A DNA stretch of 63,619 bases, counting the filler, from Candidatus Nanoarchaeia archaeon (GTDB lineage: Archaea; Nanobdellota; Nanobdellia; Woesearchaeales; DATDTY01), in assembly GCA_035290625.1 (NCBI GenBank). It is 6 parts of 6 records of this genome, joined end to end, with 100 filler letters (N's around TTAATTAATTAA, not from the genome) between each part and the next. Parts side by side here need not be neighbours in the genome. Positions count along the whole stretch, not along the records: positions 49,104 to 56,881 come from DATDTY010000020.1; positions 56,982 to 61,402 come from DATDTY010000025.1; 4 more parts are not named here. The stretch is one strand, 5' to 3'. Within the stretch, counting starts at the first letter, position 1; every line of letters starts with the position of its first letter. This document shows, in pieces, positions 49,265-59,258 of this stretch. The notes below the pieces were generated by a model. That model did no database searches, was not told the origin of the DNA, and was given only the letters and a program-made list of their open reading frames with translations. The translations under genes were made by a program, and so were the position numbers.

Positions 49265-49906
49265 TTGGAAAGAGAGGTGAATTTTTTGGAAGAACTTATG
49301 TTGGGGGACCTGAATCTTATACCAAGTTTTCCTGAGTTTAGTAAAATAGATACGGGAGAAAATTTAATTCATACAGGACCGCTGTTATATGAAGGGCAGA
49401 GAAATAAAGTTAACTTCAAAGCTATAAGAGAAGCAATAAAAGTTTTTGTGTATATGGGAAACTTCCCTGATCCCGGATGGCACAAAGTAAGGAATTATCT
49501 TCAGACCCAACTAATGAATAAGGATATTGGATTTGTATGGGCGACTGGAAATCAGGAGGATAAGTCACAGAATAATCCTCCAATTTACTGGCAGGGGTAT
49601 GTTTCGGGTTCATCAGCAATTGAAGGCTGTGATTTGTATTTAAATCATGGCGGCCATTCATCATGCATGCGGGCGATGGCAAAAGGGACTAAATCGATTG
49701 TTATTCCAACAAATTCAGAAAGATTATGGAATGGAAGGCAATGCGAAGTGTTAAAGGTAGGAAAGGTTTTCCCTCTATCCGAGCTTTATGGGCTTACTGA
49801 AACATTTATTAAAGAGTACTGCAAAAGTAAAACCGATACAGTAAATCTCAGCAAATATGAGTCAGTAAGGCAAGATGCCGTCAACAGGATTATACGGCTA
49901 ATATAG
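49265..49906 (+). pseudogene. GT-B glycosyltransferase, C-terminal half only
   Basis: YLNHGGHSSCMRAMAKG...VIP...E motif; the N-terminal domain is missing. Confidence 0.65.
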
Positions 49907-49940
49907 CAAGAAATATAAAAAGCCAATACAATCCATCATT

Positions 49941-50681
49941 ATGACAACCCCTTTATTTGAGACATATGACCAAAAAGACGTTCTCATTAGTCCTCAGGAC
50001 CAAATCTCAAATTTCCATAGAAACCACAATGCCAAAATAACCAAACTGCCGTCGACCTGTATCCTGGCGGCTATGAATCCGAACAGAATAGAAAGGAATC
50101 TTCAAGGCTGGAAGCTCAAAAGGCAGATGCAATTTATTCCCGGATCTCCTGATTTCCCCTTAAAAATCTATCAAAAGGGGAATAAAGAAATGCTAGTAGC
50201 ATACGGCGGGATGGGCGGCGCAGCATTATGCAACACATTGGAGTTAGTTATAGCATTAGGTGTCAAAAAAGTGTATATGATAGGTATGTGCGGAGGCATC
50301 ACAAACGCAAGAATAGGGGATATTGTTGTTGCTGAGAAAGCCATCCGTGATGAAGGGATATCCTATCACTATCTTGAGCGATCCAAAGAAGCTAAAGCAA
50401 GCGTCTCAGTTAAACTCCCAGCTAAGTATGGGGCGGTCTGGACAACAGATGCTATGTACAGAGAAACACTCACAAAATATCACAAATATAAGAAACACGG
50501 AGTTCTTGGCGTTGACATGGAGACCGCTTCGGCATATGCAGTTGCAGAGTTCAGAAGGATAAAGATTGTTTCGTTGCTGGTGGTATCAGACATTGTAGAG
50601 CCAGAAAAATGGAATCCGCAATTTCATAATGATAAGGTTGAAGATGGAATTAAGAGGATACTGAAAGGACTGTCTATTTAG
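49941..50681 (+). CDS. Nucleoside phosphorylase (PNP/UDP family)
   Basis: IGMCGG, IRDEGISYHY, WTTDAMYRET and VDME motifs. Confidence 0.92.
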   Translation: MTTPLFETYDQKDVLISPQDQISNFHRNHNAKITKLPSTCILAAMNPNRIERNLQGWKLKRQMQFIPGSPDFPLKIYQKGNKEMLVAYGGMGGAALCNTLELVIALGVKKVYMIGMCGGITNARIGDIVVAEKAIRDEGISYHYLERSKEAKASVSVKLPAKYGAVWTTDAMYRETLTKYHKYKKHGVLGVDMETASAYAVAEFRRIKIVSLLVVSDIVEPEKWNPQFHNDKVEDGIKRILKGLSI

Positions 50682-50719
50682 AAAAAAGTATTTAGCAATG
50701 CCGATTTTCATAGTTGCTT

Positions 50720-50987
50720 ATGGGTTTTTTACAGTTTGAAGAATTTCCTAAGGACCTCAGAAGGCTCTGACCAGTTAAGCCTCTCTGACCTCAACCTAGA
50801 TGCAGAGGTGGACAGCATTGATGCTCATCTCTTCGCAGACAAGGTGGCAAGAGGCGAGGCAAACCAGAGCGACCTTCTTGTATTTATCGAAGAGTTCCAG
50901 AGAAGGAATCCTGAAGACCAAGCAACATTGGCAGTTCTCCAAGCATTGAGGACAAGCAGTGTTGAGGATTGGGGGATGTATAGGTAA
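50720..50987 (+). CDS. Small hypothetical protein, possible frameshift in a T6 run at the 5' end
   Basis: ATG 50720 is out of frame with the 50736-50987 ORF; the sequence is duplicated at 56741. Confidence 0.45.
50762..50902 (+). repeat. ~140-bp direct repeat, copy 1
   Basis: Near-identical to 56741-56881. Confidence 0.9.
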
Positions 50988-51010
50988 GAGTGTTTCTGGC
51001 TGAGAGATAG

Positions 51011-51410
51011 CTAAAGAAGATTTAAGAATTTCTCTTTTTTCATTCCAGCCTGCCGTATAATCTCAAGAAGGGTTCCTTTATCTATCTCTTTATGATTTGG
51101 AACAACTACTGCTTTAGTTCCATCTGTAGCCGCTCTCTTAAGGATAATATGGCTTCCTTTCTGCCGCGCAATAAGAAACCCATCCTTTGCCGGTCGCATT
51201 GAAAAGTTGCTCACTTCGTTCGGCAATGCCAAGTTCGCCTCGCGTTTATAGATGTGGTAAGCGACATTTCCCGTGTGGAGCATCCCCTGTGTCGCTGATC
51301 TCTTTTTTATTTCAGAGGCTCACAAGAAGGCATTGCATCACTTTTCAATGCGACCCCTTTGCCAGCACTTTTATAACTTCCTTTCCAGAAAGCCTAGGCA
51401 ATTTTTGCAT
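51011..51410 (-). pseudogene. hicA: HicA toxin interrupted by a MITE
   Basis: MQKLPRLSGKEVIKVLAK / DGFLIARQKGSH...VPNH...GTL. The reading frame is restored by removing 164+8 bp. Confidence 0.92.
51192..51355. mobile_element. MITE-like hairpin element, copy 9
   Basis: Perfect 16-bp terminal repeat GGTCGCATTGAAAAGT; 8-bp duplication CCTTTGCC at 51184-51191 and 51356-51363. Confidence 0.93.
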
Positions 51411-51615
51411 GTTCTTTTAAAGAAAATCTTGCAATAATGGCTTCCTTGCCCTTGAACTCTTTTGGAACTCCCATCTCTTCTATATACAATTCAACTGCTT
51501 CCTTAAGATTTTCCAAGGCTTCCTCTATTGTATATCCTTGGCTTACAACATCTATCTCAGGGCATAACGCAACAAATTGTTTCTCTCCTTTTCTAATAAT
51601 TGCTGTGAATTCCAT
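51394..51615 (-). CDS. hicB: HicB family antitoxin
   Basis: SQGYTIEEALENLKEAVELY. Confidence 0.92.
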   Translation of the reverse strand: MEFTAIIRKGEKQFVALCPEIDVVSQGYTIEEALENLKEAVELYIEEMGVPKEFKGKEAIIARFSLKEHAKIA

Positions 51616-51718
51616 AGCAGATCACAATTGTACGTGGAGTGCAATCTCTTTTATAAATCTTGTTATTTCGAGACCTAGGTCTCCGTAGCAATGTTTTTAA
51701 AGCATACGGGACTCAAAT

Positions 51719-52387
51719 ATGATTATGAGGTTAGGACTCTTCTCCCTCAATCTTGGAGGCATTTCAGTCATTGATCCTAAGTTTAACGTCCTTGTGAGTC
51801 TCTTATCAGAGTGTAATCCTGATATTGCTTTATTTCAGGAAATCAGAATTCGCAAGGGCATGCCTGATCTGCTTGGAACGCTGCAGCAGAGGATTGGACT
51901 GCCGCATAGAAGATACGATCAAAGCCACGATTTTGCTAAAGATTATGGCAAAGGTAAAACTCAAGACGAGCAGGTTATTGAAGGGCTGGGTGTCTTATCA
52001 AAAATGGAGTTTACGACTTCATCCAAAAAGCTTCCCATAATAAAGGGTGTAGATAGGTGGCCGCGCATAGCTGTCAAATATAGGTTTGATAGATTTACCG
52101 TATGCAATCTTCATCTAAGCAAGTATCCAAAGACAAGAAAACTCCAGGTGAATCGCCTCCCTGAAGCAGATATGTATGTTGGTGATTTTAATATGTCTCC
52201 AACAGAAGTAAGGCGGGCATTTCCCAGCATGGTTAATTCGTATGATGTGGATCAGTATACATCATTTCCATCAGAGAATGCAACTTACGATTATGTGATA
52301 TTGCGCAGAGGGAAGTTTATCGCCGTAAGTTGCAAGCAAGACTCCATTTCTGATCACAGGGCTATTATGGCTGTGGTTGATTTGTAG
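51719..52387 (+). CDS. Endonuclease/exonuclease/phosphatase family protein
   Basis: SLN, FQE, NLHL, GDFN, DY and SDH motifs. Confidence 0.9.
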   Translation: MIMRLGLFSLNLGGISVIDPKFNVLVSLLSECNPDIALFQEIRIRKGMPDLLGTLQQRIGLPHRRYDQSHDFAKDYGKGKTQDEQVIEGLGVLSKMEFTTSSKKLPIIKGVDRWPRIAVKYRFDRFTVCNLHLSKYPKTRKLQVNRLPEADMYVGDFNMSPTEVRRAFPSMVNSYDVDQYTSFPSENATYDYVILRRGKFIAVSCKQDSISDHRAIMAVVDL

Positions 52388-53477
52388 TTGATTTTATGAA
52401 CGATTCTATTTCAGCAATGACCTCTTGTTGTGTTTTGACACGAGGAGTAAGGATAGCGGCGTTGTCTTCACTAAAAGTCAAGTTTATCCTAGATTTCCCT
52501 ACACCCATGCGGGTATAAGAATAAATAGTTGGACCCCTATACGTGCGCTCAATTCCGATGTTAGACTGGTGATCTGAGAGCACTATCAAATTCGCATGAC
52601 TCGGCTCAAGATTTCTGAAAGTCTCCCCTATAAGATCATCAATGAATTTAAGACTCTTAACTTTGTCATCACGTGTTTTTTTTCTGGACGCCTCAGATGA
52701 TTCTTTGACATAAACAATAGCAGAGCAATCCCTCTCTGAATCACCAGCAATACATGGAAGGACTCTATCTGTGAAATCTTTCATTTTTGTATCATACTGA
52801 AAAAGGTCATTCTCCAGAATATCTGGATTTTGCGAGATACTGACCCCAACAAGATTAAAAGCTTCCACTAGAGATCCCACTGCCCAGCCATAAAGAGTTG
52901 TTGGGCGTATTGTTGAGAGGTTTGCCGGACTGTAATCTTGGAGTAATACGGGGTAAACATTTAAATCACGCTTTGAAACCAAAAATTGAAGTTTGTTTAG
53001 ATAGTCTTCCAAACCTTCTTTTCCTTGAGAAGCCACACACCAACAGTTGCCTTTCCTGCTGATGTTGCTTTTTGTTGTCTTGGTATGGGGAAATTCTTGG
53101 CTTAGGGAATCAAGGACATTTGACAGATGTTCCTCACCAATAAGTCTAGGCGCCTTATCCCATCCCTTCATAGGATCGTAATTCTTCTCAATTATTCTGA
53201 ATAAAGCAACACTAGAGAATTTTTGCAGATCGATGCCTGCTCTCATCAACTCAAGACCAGCCCTCCCTGGGTTATGATTAGGATCAAGGCCAAAGAAATA
53301 GGGAAACACAACATACGTTTCAGGATTTGGAACATAAGGTCTTGTCGATGGCTCATACAAACCAATTTTTCCCGTACTACTAATCCTATCAAGATATTGG
53401 TGGGAGGCGATATCTAAAGTAGTTGGTTCGTTTCCAAACGATTCCGTTAGACCGTCAAGCAGGAAGTAGAGATTCAT
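52365..53477 (-). CDS. Alkaline-phosphatase superfamily, phosphoglycerate mutase-like (divergent)
   Basis: LLDG...TTLDIA...LD, PGRAGLE and LSDH motifs; several metal ligands look substituted. Confidence 0.7.
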   Translation of the reverse strand: MNLYFLLDGLTESFGNEPTTLDIASHQYLDRISSTGKIGLYEPSTRPYVPNPETYVVFPYFFGLDPNHNPGRAGLELMRAGIDLQKFSSVALFRIIEKNYDPMKGWDKAPRLIGEEHLSNVLDSLSQEFPHTKTTKSNISRKGNCWCVASQGKEGLEDYLNKLQFLVSKRDLNVYPVLLQDYSPANLSTIRPTTLYGWAVGSLVEAFNLVGVSISQNPDILENDLFQYDTKMKDFTDRVLPCIAGDSERDCSAIVYVKESSEASRKKTRDDKVKSLKFIDDLIGETFRNLEPSHANLIVLSDHQSNIGIERTYRGPTIYSYTRMGVGKSRINLTFSEDNAAILTPRVKTQQEVIAEIESFIKSTTNQPQP

Positions 53478-54486
53478 GAAGTTCACCGATAGCTTTTTCA
53501 ACTGCCTTAAATACCTGAGAGGGGAGTATATAATTTATGCAAGGTGGTCCAATTGATTTGCAAGTTTCAGAATCTTTATTAGTATCACAAGGAAAGGGAC
53601 TGAGTACAGGTATCTCCGTTGAGGATAGCGTTCCCCAAATACTTGGAGTCGTATGCCCATAGAGACTTATAACGGGGAGCCCTAAATAACCCGCAATATG
53701 TTTTAGACCTGTATCAATTGTGATAACCAAGTCAGCAACAAGCAGATTTCTAACTTGGGTCTCAGGAGTTTCTGCGGCGTATATGATTGCCCCTATTGAT
53801 TGAGCAAAACCCAGTAATTCTGGCATCTCATATGTCGCGCAGTTAATTATTAATTGCGCACCTGTGCGTGTAATAAGACGATCCGATAACGCACACCAAT
53901 TATCTAGATCCCATTCTTTATAAGAGAAATTAGACTTCGGCACAAGGCTTACAATTGGACGTTTTGAATATCGAAGCTTTTCTTCCAATGAGTATTGGTA
54001 ATCATCTGCAGTAGGATACAAACGTAACATATCCTTACCCAAAGTAATGCCAAATGCACCGAGTCGATTGCTGTAGTTTTGTACATTGTGTACATCAGAA
54101 TCAATTATTCTATCCTCAAGAAGTTCTATAGGAGACATAGGATTAAAGAATGCAGGGCAACGGCATTTTGCCGTCCTTATCTTAGCAACATGCAACGTTT
54201 GTAACCATTCTATGTATTCAGGACTGTTAAAAGAAGACGAATGCAGATCTGATAAGACATCGATACCCATGTCATTAACGTGAGTTACTGAGATCTCAGG
54301 ATGGGATGGATCAAATGGTATAACCTGTTTATATGCTCCATAAACCTCGCTGAAACGACTGAATTTTTCGAGAGTAACCAGAGAAAATCGTTCAGAGGCC
54401 GTCTCTCCAATTAGATTACTGAATGCGCTTAATGCTGCTACATCTCCAAAGAGGCCGTAAAGTATTGCCAAATAATTCTTTTTCAT
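53455..54486 (-). CDS. Glycosyltransferase family 9 (heptosyltransferase-like)
   Basis: GD at the N-terminus; KEW; DTGLKHIA...SLYG. Confidence 0.85.
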   Translation of the reverse strand: MKKNYLAILYGLFGDVAALSAFSNLIGETASERFSLVTLEKFSRFSEVYGAYKQVIPFDPSHPEISVTHVNDMGIDVLSDLHSSSFNSPEYIEWLQTLHVAKIRTAKCRCPAFFNPMSPIELLEDRIIDSDVHNVQNYSNRLGAFGITLGKDMLRLYPTADDYQYSLEEKLRYSKRPIVSLVPKSNFSYKEWDLDNWCALSDRLITRTGAQLIINCATYEMPELLGFAQSIGAIIYAAETPETQVRNLLVADLVITIDTGLKHIAGYLGLPVISLYGHTTPSIWGTLSSTEIPVLSPFPCDTNKDSETCKSIGPPCINYILPSQVFKAVEKAIGELHESLLPA

Positions 54487-55628
54487 TGCGCTTGAGTAAC
54501 CTGATGGATTATCTTTAAGATCTTAAGCCCGAAGGAGAATGTTGATTGCTTGGGCGGGATTTTATCAGACCATGTCCTTAAGATAGTATCAAGTCCATAG
54601 AAGAAAGAGTCATGGGGGAAGTGGGGCCTAAAAACCTCGCATATTGGAGTATCTCTCCGTAAAGAGGTGGTAAGATTATATACTCTTTCTGAGCCTATTT
54701 TTTTGATTTCCATAACACAACTTCCTTCAGTACCTTCAACACGAATCCATGACTTGCCTGATGGAGAATCCTGATCAGGGCTATTAAGCCAAGAATTCTC
54801 CACAAGTAATGTAGTAGGGATGTGTCCTTCTTCACCTAAGACTATACTAACCAAGCTTCTGAGATCAATAGGAGTGGGAATGGGCTCACCAGAGATTTGT
54901 TGACCCGGCTTCGAATACTCGATTGAAAGGGTTTTGAGAGAGATAATTTCTTTATGAGGGCCCGCAAGATAAAGAGAGAGTCCTATTGTATGAGGACCCC
55001 AATCATAGAGCACCCCACCTCCAGATTTGGATTTATCAATTCTCCACAAAGGCGCGTCTCTCCATTTTGCTGGTCCTGGATTCGCCATACATGTTTCAAT
55101 GAGGATTGTATCCCCGATCGCTCCATGTTGGATTTTATCCTTAAGATGGTTTATAGGAGGATAATACATATAATTATCTAAGTATCGGACATTTTCTTCA
55201 AATAATGAGTTATAACAAGGTAATAAGTCTTGAAGTGCTGCTAGATCAGAGGTAATCGGTTTCTCTAAGATGGCCTTCTTGCCGTTTCTAATAATATCCA
55301 TGACTAAATCAATATGAGTGTAAGGGGGTGTTGTTACTAGGAGTACATCGCTCTGCGAGAGAATCTCTTCTTTATTAGAAACGGTTCGAAGTTGTTTATA
55401 AAATTTCCTTGCTCGTTCTTGAGCGGAAGGAAAGAAAGGATTATAAGACCTTTGGAATAAGCCTTCATCTAACCAGCTTTCAAAGTTATGCAGGGTTCTG
55501 TCGAGAGCTTGGGGATCTAGATCAAGTAGAGTAACTCCCTCTACAGTATCCAAGAAAGGTAAGATAGGAAGATAGGCATCATGCATAATTTGACCTGTAC
55601 CAATAATACCAAAACGTATGCCGCTCAT
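54483..55628 (-). CDS. Gfo/Idh/MocA oxidoreductase
   Basis: GIIGTG, TPP..H, EKP and GGGVLYDWGPH motifs. Confidence 0.9.
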   Translation of the reverse strand: MSGIRFGIIGTGQIMHDAYLPILPFLDTVEGVTLLDLDPQALDRTLHNFESWLDEGLFQRSYNPFFPSAQERARKFYKQLRTVSNKEEILSQSDVLLVTTPPYTHIDLVMDIIRNGKKAILEKPITSDLAALQDLLPCYNSLFEENVRYLDNYMYYPPINHLKDKIQHGAIGDTILIETCMANPGPAKWRDAPLWRIDKSKSGGGVLYDWGPHTIGLSLYLAGPHKEIISLKTLSIEYSKPGQQISGEPIPTPIDLRSLVSIVLGEEGHIPTTLLVENSWLNSPDQDSPSGKSWIRVEGTEGSCVMEIKKIGSERVYNLTTSLRRDTPICEVFRPHFPHDSFFYGLDTILRTWSDKIPPKQSTFSFGLKILKIIHQVTQAQ

Positions 55629-56614
55629 CAAAAAGTCTCCTCGATTAAGACTAATGACAATTCGGATATAGAATTGCCTCCAAAAAGCGCGGCTAATTTT
55701 CTAACTTTAGCTGCATAATTACTAAAGAGATTAAAATCCCCTTCTGCTAAAGCTTGCGCACCAAGAATAAAATTGTGATGGAAATACGCCCTCCACAGTT
55801 CATCTTCACTTAGATGATCGCAACGTTCTTGGATTATTTCTGTAATCTGAGCAAATGGAAGATAAACTCTGTCTGCTAGAAGTCTCCCAAAATCATACTC
55901 CTTTGGACCAAGTCTCAAATGATCAAAATCAATGAATCTGCCATCAATGATATTGCCGTTCCGAGCATCACCATGGATATAATAATGTTCAGAAGATTGA
56001 TTAAAGAGTGTATCGTAAACAGCACATGCAACTTCAGAAAACCAAGATCCGAATCTTTCATAACGTTCATAAAGATCAGAAGATCTGGTTGGAAGAGAAC
56101 GAGTTTTCATTTCTCCAAGGTAATCAATGCTATCAAAAACCAACCAGCTAAACAGTGGAACATCTTGTTGTAGCGAAGTGGAAGTGAGGAGATAACCCTT
56201 CCTTCCTAAGTCAATATTTTGCATTTCATCGTGCAAAAGCGATAATTGTTTGATGTTCTTTATTAGACTCGTTTCTCCATCAGAAGGGTGAGGGGTAATC
56301 TCTCTGCTGACGAGGCAATGGATATCCCTATTAGAGAAAACAAGTATACTTTGCTGTGCAATTGCGAGGTTATTAGGGGTAGTGCTTATTACAAGAGAAT
56401 TGTAGGGTCTCTGTACTTCTCCTTTACTATAGAATTTTAATAAGGTGCCTGAATGCTCTGCTTTGTGTACGATATGATGTTCAGGAGAAACGCTGGATGC
56501 ATTTAGAGTAGGAAGAATAGCATTTATATCATTAAGAATCGCTTCAAGATTGGAAGGTATTTCGATAAAAACAGCTTGCCAGGATTCAGTGAGAGGGATT
56601 GGTAGATTAATCAT
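55628..56614 (-). CDS. Aminoglycoside/choline kinase-like phosphotransferase
   Basis: IHGD...N and IDFD motifs. Confidence 0.82.
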   Translation of the reverse strand: MINLPIPLTESWQAVFIEIPSNLEAILNDINAILPTLNASSVSPEHHIVHKAEHSGTLLKFYSKGEVQRPYNSLVISTTPNNLAIAQQSILVFSNRDIHCLVSREITPHPSDGETSLIKNIKQLSLLHDEMQNIDLGRKGYLLTSTSLQQDVPLFSWLVFDSIDYLGEMKTRSLPTRSSDLYERYERFGSWFSEVACAVYDTLFNQSSEHYYIHGDARNGNIIDGRFIDFDHLRLGPKEYDFGRLLADRVYLPFAQITEIIQERCDHLSEDELWRAYFHHNFILGAQALAEGDFNLFSNYAAKVRKLAALFGGNSISELSLVLIEETF

Positions 56615-56740
56615 TGGGGATTGATTCTGGGCGTTTTAGTGTTTACAGATTTAAAGTAGATTTCTTAGTAACTACTAGAGAAGAAGTATTTGTTTAAATA
56701 GATTTCTTTTTAATTTTATAAGGGATTGTCCCTATCCGAC

Positions 56741-56881
56741 AGGCTCAGACTTGCTAAGCCTCTCTGACCTCAACCTAGATGCAGAGGTGGACAGCATTGA
56801 TGCTCATCTCTTCGCAGACAAGGTTGCAAGAGGCGAGGCCAACCAGAGCGACCTTCTTGTTTTCATTGAAGAGTTCCAGAG
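56741..56881 (+). repeat. ~140-bp direct repeat, copy 2 (runs into gap)
   Basis: Matches 50762-50902 with a few substitutions. Confidence 0.9.
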
Positions 56882-56981
56882 NNNNNNNNNNNNNNNNNNN
56901 NNNNNNNNNNNNNNNNNNNNNNNNNTTAATTAATTAANNNNNNNNNNNNNNNNNNNNNNNNNNNNNNNNNNNNNNNNNNNN
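56882..56981. other. Artificial contig linker
   Basis: Ns with TTAATTAATTAA. Confidence 0.99.
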
Positions 56982-57109
56982 TCTTAGCAACAACTTTATT
57001 AAGGTCTACATCATATGTTCTCTTTCGCATTGTGGGGTCTCCACCACCCCCATCTATCCATTAGATGGGGGCTGAAGCCCCCTTAAATCTTTCTAATTGT
57101 GAGTTAACT
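56982..57109 (-). mobile_element. Probable IS left end with the start of a transposase
   Basis: AGTTAACTCACA terminus resembles the reverse complement of the element end near 130-141; hairpin CCCCCATCTA/TAGATGGGGG; ATG 57030 gives MRKRTYDVDLNKVVAK. Confidence 0.45.
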
Positions 57110-57130
57110 TGCAATCGAGCCGATTTACGC

Positions 57131-57275
57131 GGCTCAGTAGAAAGCCAGCCGGCATCGGGCTCGCTTGCGCTTGGATTCGTGTATGCTGGCACCCCCGAAG
57201 GGGCCTACCCTCTGTCAGCAGTGCTGATGAAGCCGAAGAAGCTCGCAGAAATGATGCCGGGCTTTCTACTGATCC
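57131..57275. mobile_element. MITE-like hairpin element, copy 10
   Basis: Termini GGCTCAGTAGAAAGCC/GGCTTTCTACTGATCC; flanks GATTTACGC/GATTTATTACGC. Confidence 0.85.
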
Positions 57276-57319
57276 GATTTATTACGCATGGTTTATGCCT
57301 TTCCTAGGCAAATGGCCAT

Positions 57320-58297
57320 TTACTGAAGATTGATAATCTCTATATCTTTTCGTAGAGAAGTAGAGTAGCCATAGCTCAGCGCAATCTGAAGCGGCGTCAG
57401 GAATGCTGAATCGATGTTAGGCTTCGGGAACGAGCAGAACATTGTTCCCTTTCCCCCATACAGACGTATAGGATCTCCAGCATCTCCTCGGGGGGTGCAG
57501 GAAGGAGGTGAAGAGGGGATGCCAAGCTGCACATCAGCCTCTACCCTATCAATCTGGTTGGTGTTAAGGTTAAAGGGGCAGTCATAAAGAACTGACCCAT
57601 AATCAATCACAGAGCCTCCTCCGCTGTTGGTAACAGTGATTCTGAAAAAGAGCTTGTCTGCGCCCACTTCCTCAATGACAGAAGAGACTGCCACAGGGCC
57701 TCCCTGGCCTCCCCCCACTGGCAGGGAATACCCGTACTCTCCGATCCTGCATGCCTTGTTCTCCTGGACTGCAGAGAAAGGATCAGGATCGATGCAGGCA
57801 TCAGGAGATGCAATCGTCTTGTATTTATAGCACAAATGAGCGATGATAGGCGCCCGGTAGAGATCATTTCCCTGAGGCCCTGAAAACGGAACCCTTGCTC
57901 TTGCCAGGTAATTGAGGTTCTGTATCCCCCCTTCAGGATTAAACTGGCTCCTTCCTACAAGGCTCGTGCTCACGTCTGCATACGGGTCTCCTAATCCGCG
58001 GGAAGATCGCGTTTCCCACTGACCCTGGAGAGAGATTGGGTCAAATCCGCTCAGGACAAGATTGCCCTCAAAGTCGTTCGTGAGAGGGTATGCTCCCCGG
58101 TTGCGGAGCTCAACAATCAGGTCAACCTCCTCTCCATCAAATATCCGCGGCGGAGGCGCTCCAGGCAAAAACCTCATTTCCACTCCTTGCGTTCCGGTAT
58201 GAAAATCCCGCTCGACAATCCGGGTGTCAACCCCGCTCTGGCAGCCTGCAACCACTAAAGCAAGAAGAACAAGGAAAAGGACAGATTGAATTCTCAT
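57320..58297 (-). CDS. Secreted lipoprotein
   Basis: VAGC lipobox; TG..G...F...PP, CY.Y.....CI and GGP motifs. Confidence 0.8.
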   Translation of the reverse strand: MRIQSVLFLVLLALVVAGCQSGVDTRIVERDFHTGTQGVEMRFLPGAPPPRIFDGEEVDLIVELRNRGAYPLTNDFEGNLVLSGFDPISLQGQWETRSSRGLGDPYADVSTSLVGRSQFNPEGGIQNLNYLARARVPFSGPQGNDLYRAPIIAHLCYKYKTIASPDACIDPDPFSAVQENKACRIGEYGYSLPVGGGQGGPVAVSSVIEEVGADKLFFRITVTNSGGGSVIDYGSVLYDCPFNLNTNQIDRVEADVQLGIPSSPPSCTPRGDAGDPIRLYGGKGTMFCSFPKPNIDSAFLTPLQIALSYGYSTSLRKDIEIINLQ

Positions 58298-58334
58298 AAG
58301 TCATGCTTGGGATCGGGGATATTTAAAGGTTTTG

Positions 58335-59258
58335 TTAACGCGTCTTCTTAATCAGAACTTCTCTGCTTTCTGTCGCAGTATAGCCATAGGAGATATGCAG
58401 CTCAAGGCTTCCGACATACGTTGCAAAGTTTCTTGGAAGCCCCTCAGGAACAGTGCATCTGGCTTCACCTTTTCCTTGCTCAAGCAGTACAGGGCTGCAG
58501 TCCAAACGATGGCCCGACAGCGTTCCATCGATGGATATCAAAGTTTCCTGAGAAGGAGAGGTTGCGGCATATCCTGAACAGAGTTCATTCAATGCATCTG
58601 CTCGTACAACCTCCCCCTCACCTTGATTTGCAAGATGGACAGTTAGATAAGGGATAACTGCTCTTTCCTCTGATCTCATCTCAACCTCGATACGGGTAAT
58701 GACAAGAGGCCCTCCTTGGCCAGATGAGGATATATCTTTTGTCTCGCAGGCCTTTTCCGTTACAAAACTTTGTGGGGAATCAGTTTCAATGCAAATCTCT
58801 TCCTGAAGGGAGGACTCGTATACATAGCAGGCAAGCGCAGTGAGCGTTGTTCGCTGGCTTTCCTGCTGGATATTGAGGTCCTTTGCCCGCAGCTTCAGAT
58901 TCATGTATTCAGTCTCACCCAAAGGATTCCCAAGAGATCTTCCTCTGATCCTGACCAGCTTCCTCGGATCTCCTTCCTCCACATCAAGGACTCCATCATT
59001 ATAAATTATGCTTACAACGCCATTAAGATCGTATGCCCCTTTGTTGGCTATCATAAGCCTTGCAAAAAAGAGCTCATCTTCAAATACCTCTTGAGGAGGG
59101 CTGTTTTCCTGAAACTCAAGCTCCAAGCCTGCTGTTCCTGTGCGGATATCCTCTAGAGAACTGGCAATGCTCGGCCCGGAGCTGCTGCATCCAAAAAGAA
59201 AAAATAACACAAAGCATCCAGCAATAAGAGTTTTGGAGGTAGTCATATACATTCTCAT
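58335..59258 (-). CDS. Secreted lipoprotein, paralog of 57320
   Basis: LFGC lipobox and the same motif order. Confidence 0.8.
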   Translation of the reverse strand: MRMYMTTSKTLIAGCFVLFFLFGCSSSGPSIASSLEDIRTGTAGLELEFQENSPPQEVFEDELFFARLMIANKGAYDLNGVVSIIYNDGVLDVEEGDPRKLVRIRGRSLGNPLGETEYMNLKLRAKDLNIQQESQRTTLTALACYVYESSLQEEICIETDSPQSFVTEKACETKDISSSGQGGPLVITRIEVEMRSEERAVIPYLTVHLANQGEGEVVRADALNELCSGYAATSPSQETLISIDGTLSGHRLDCSPVLLEQGKGEARCTVPEGLPRNFATYVGSLELHISYGYTATESREVLIKKTR

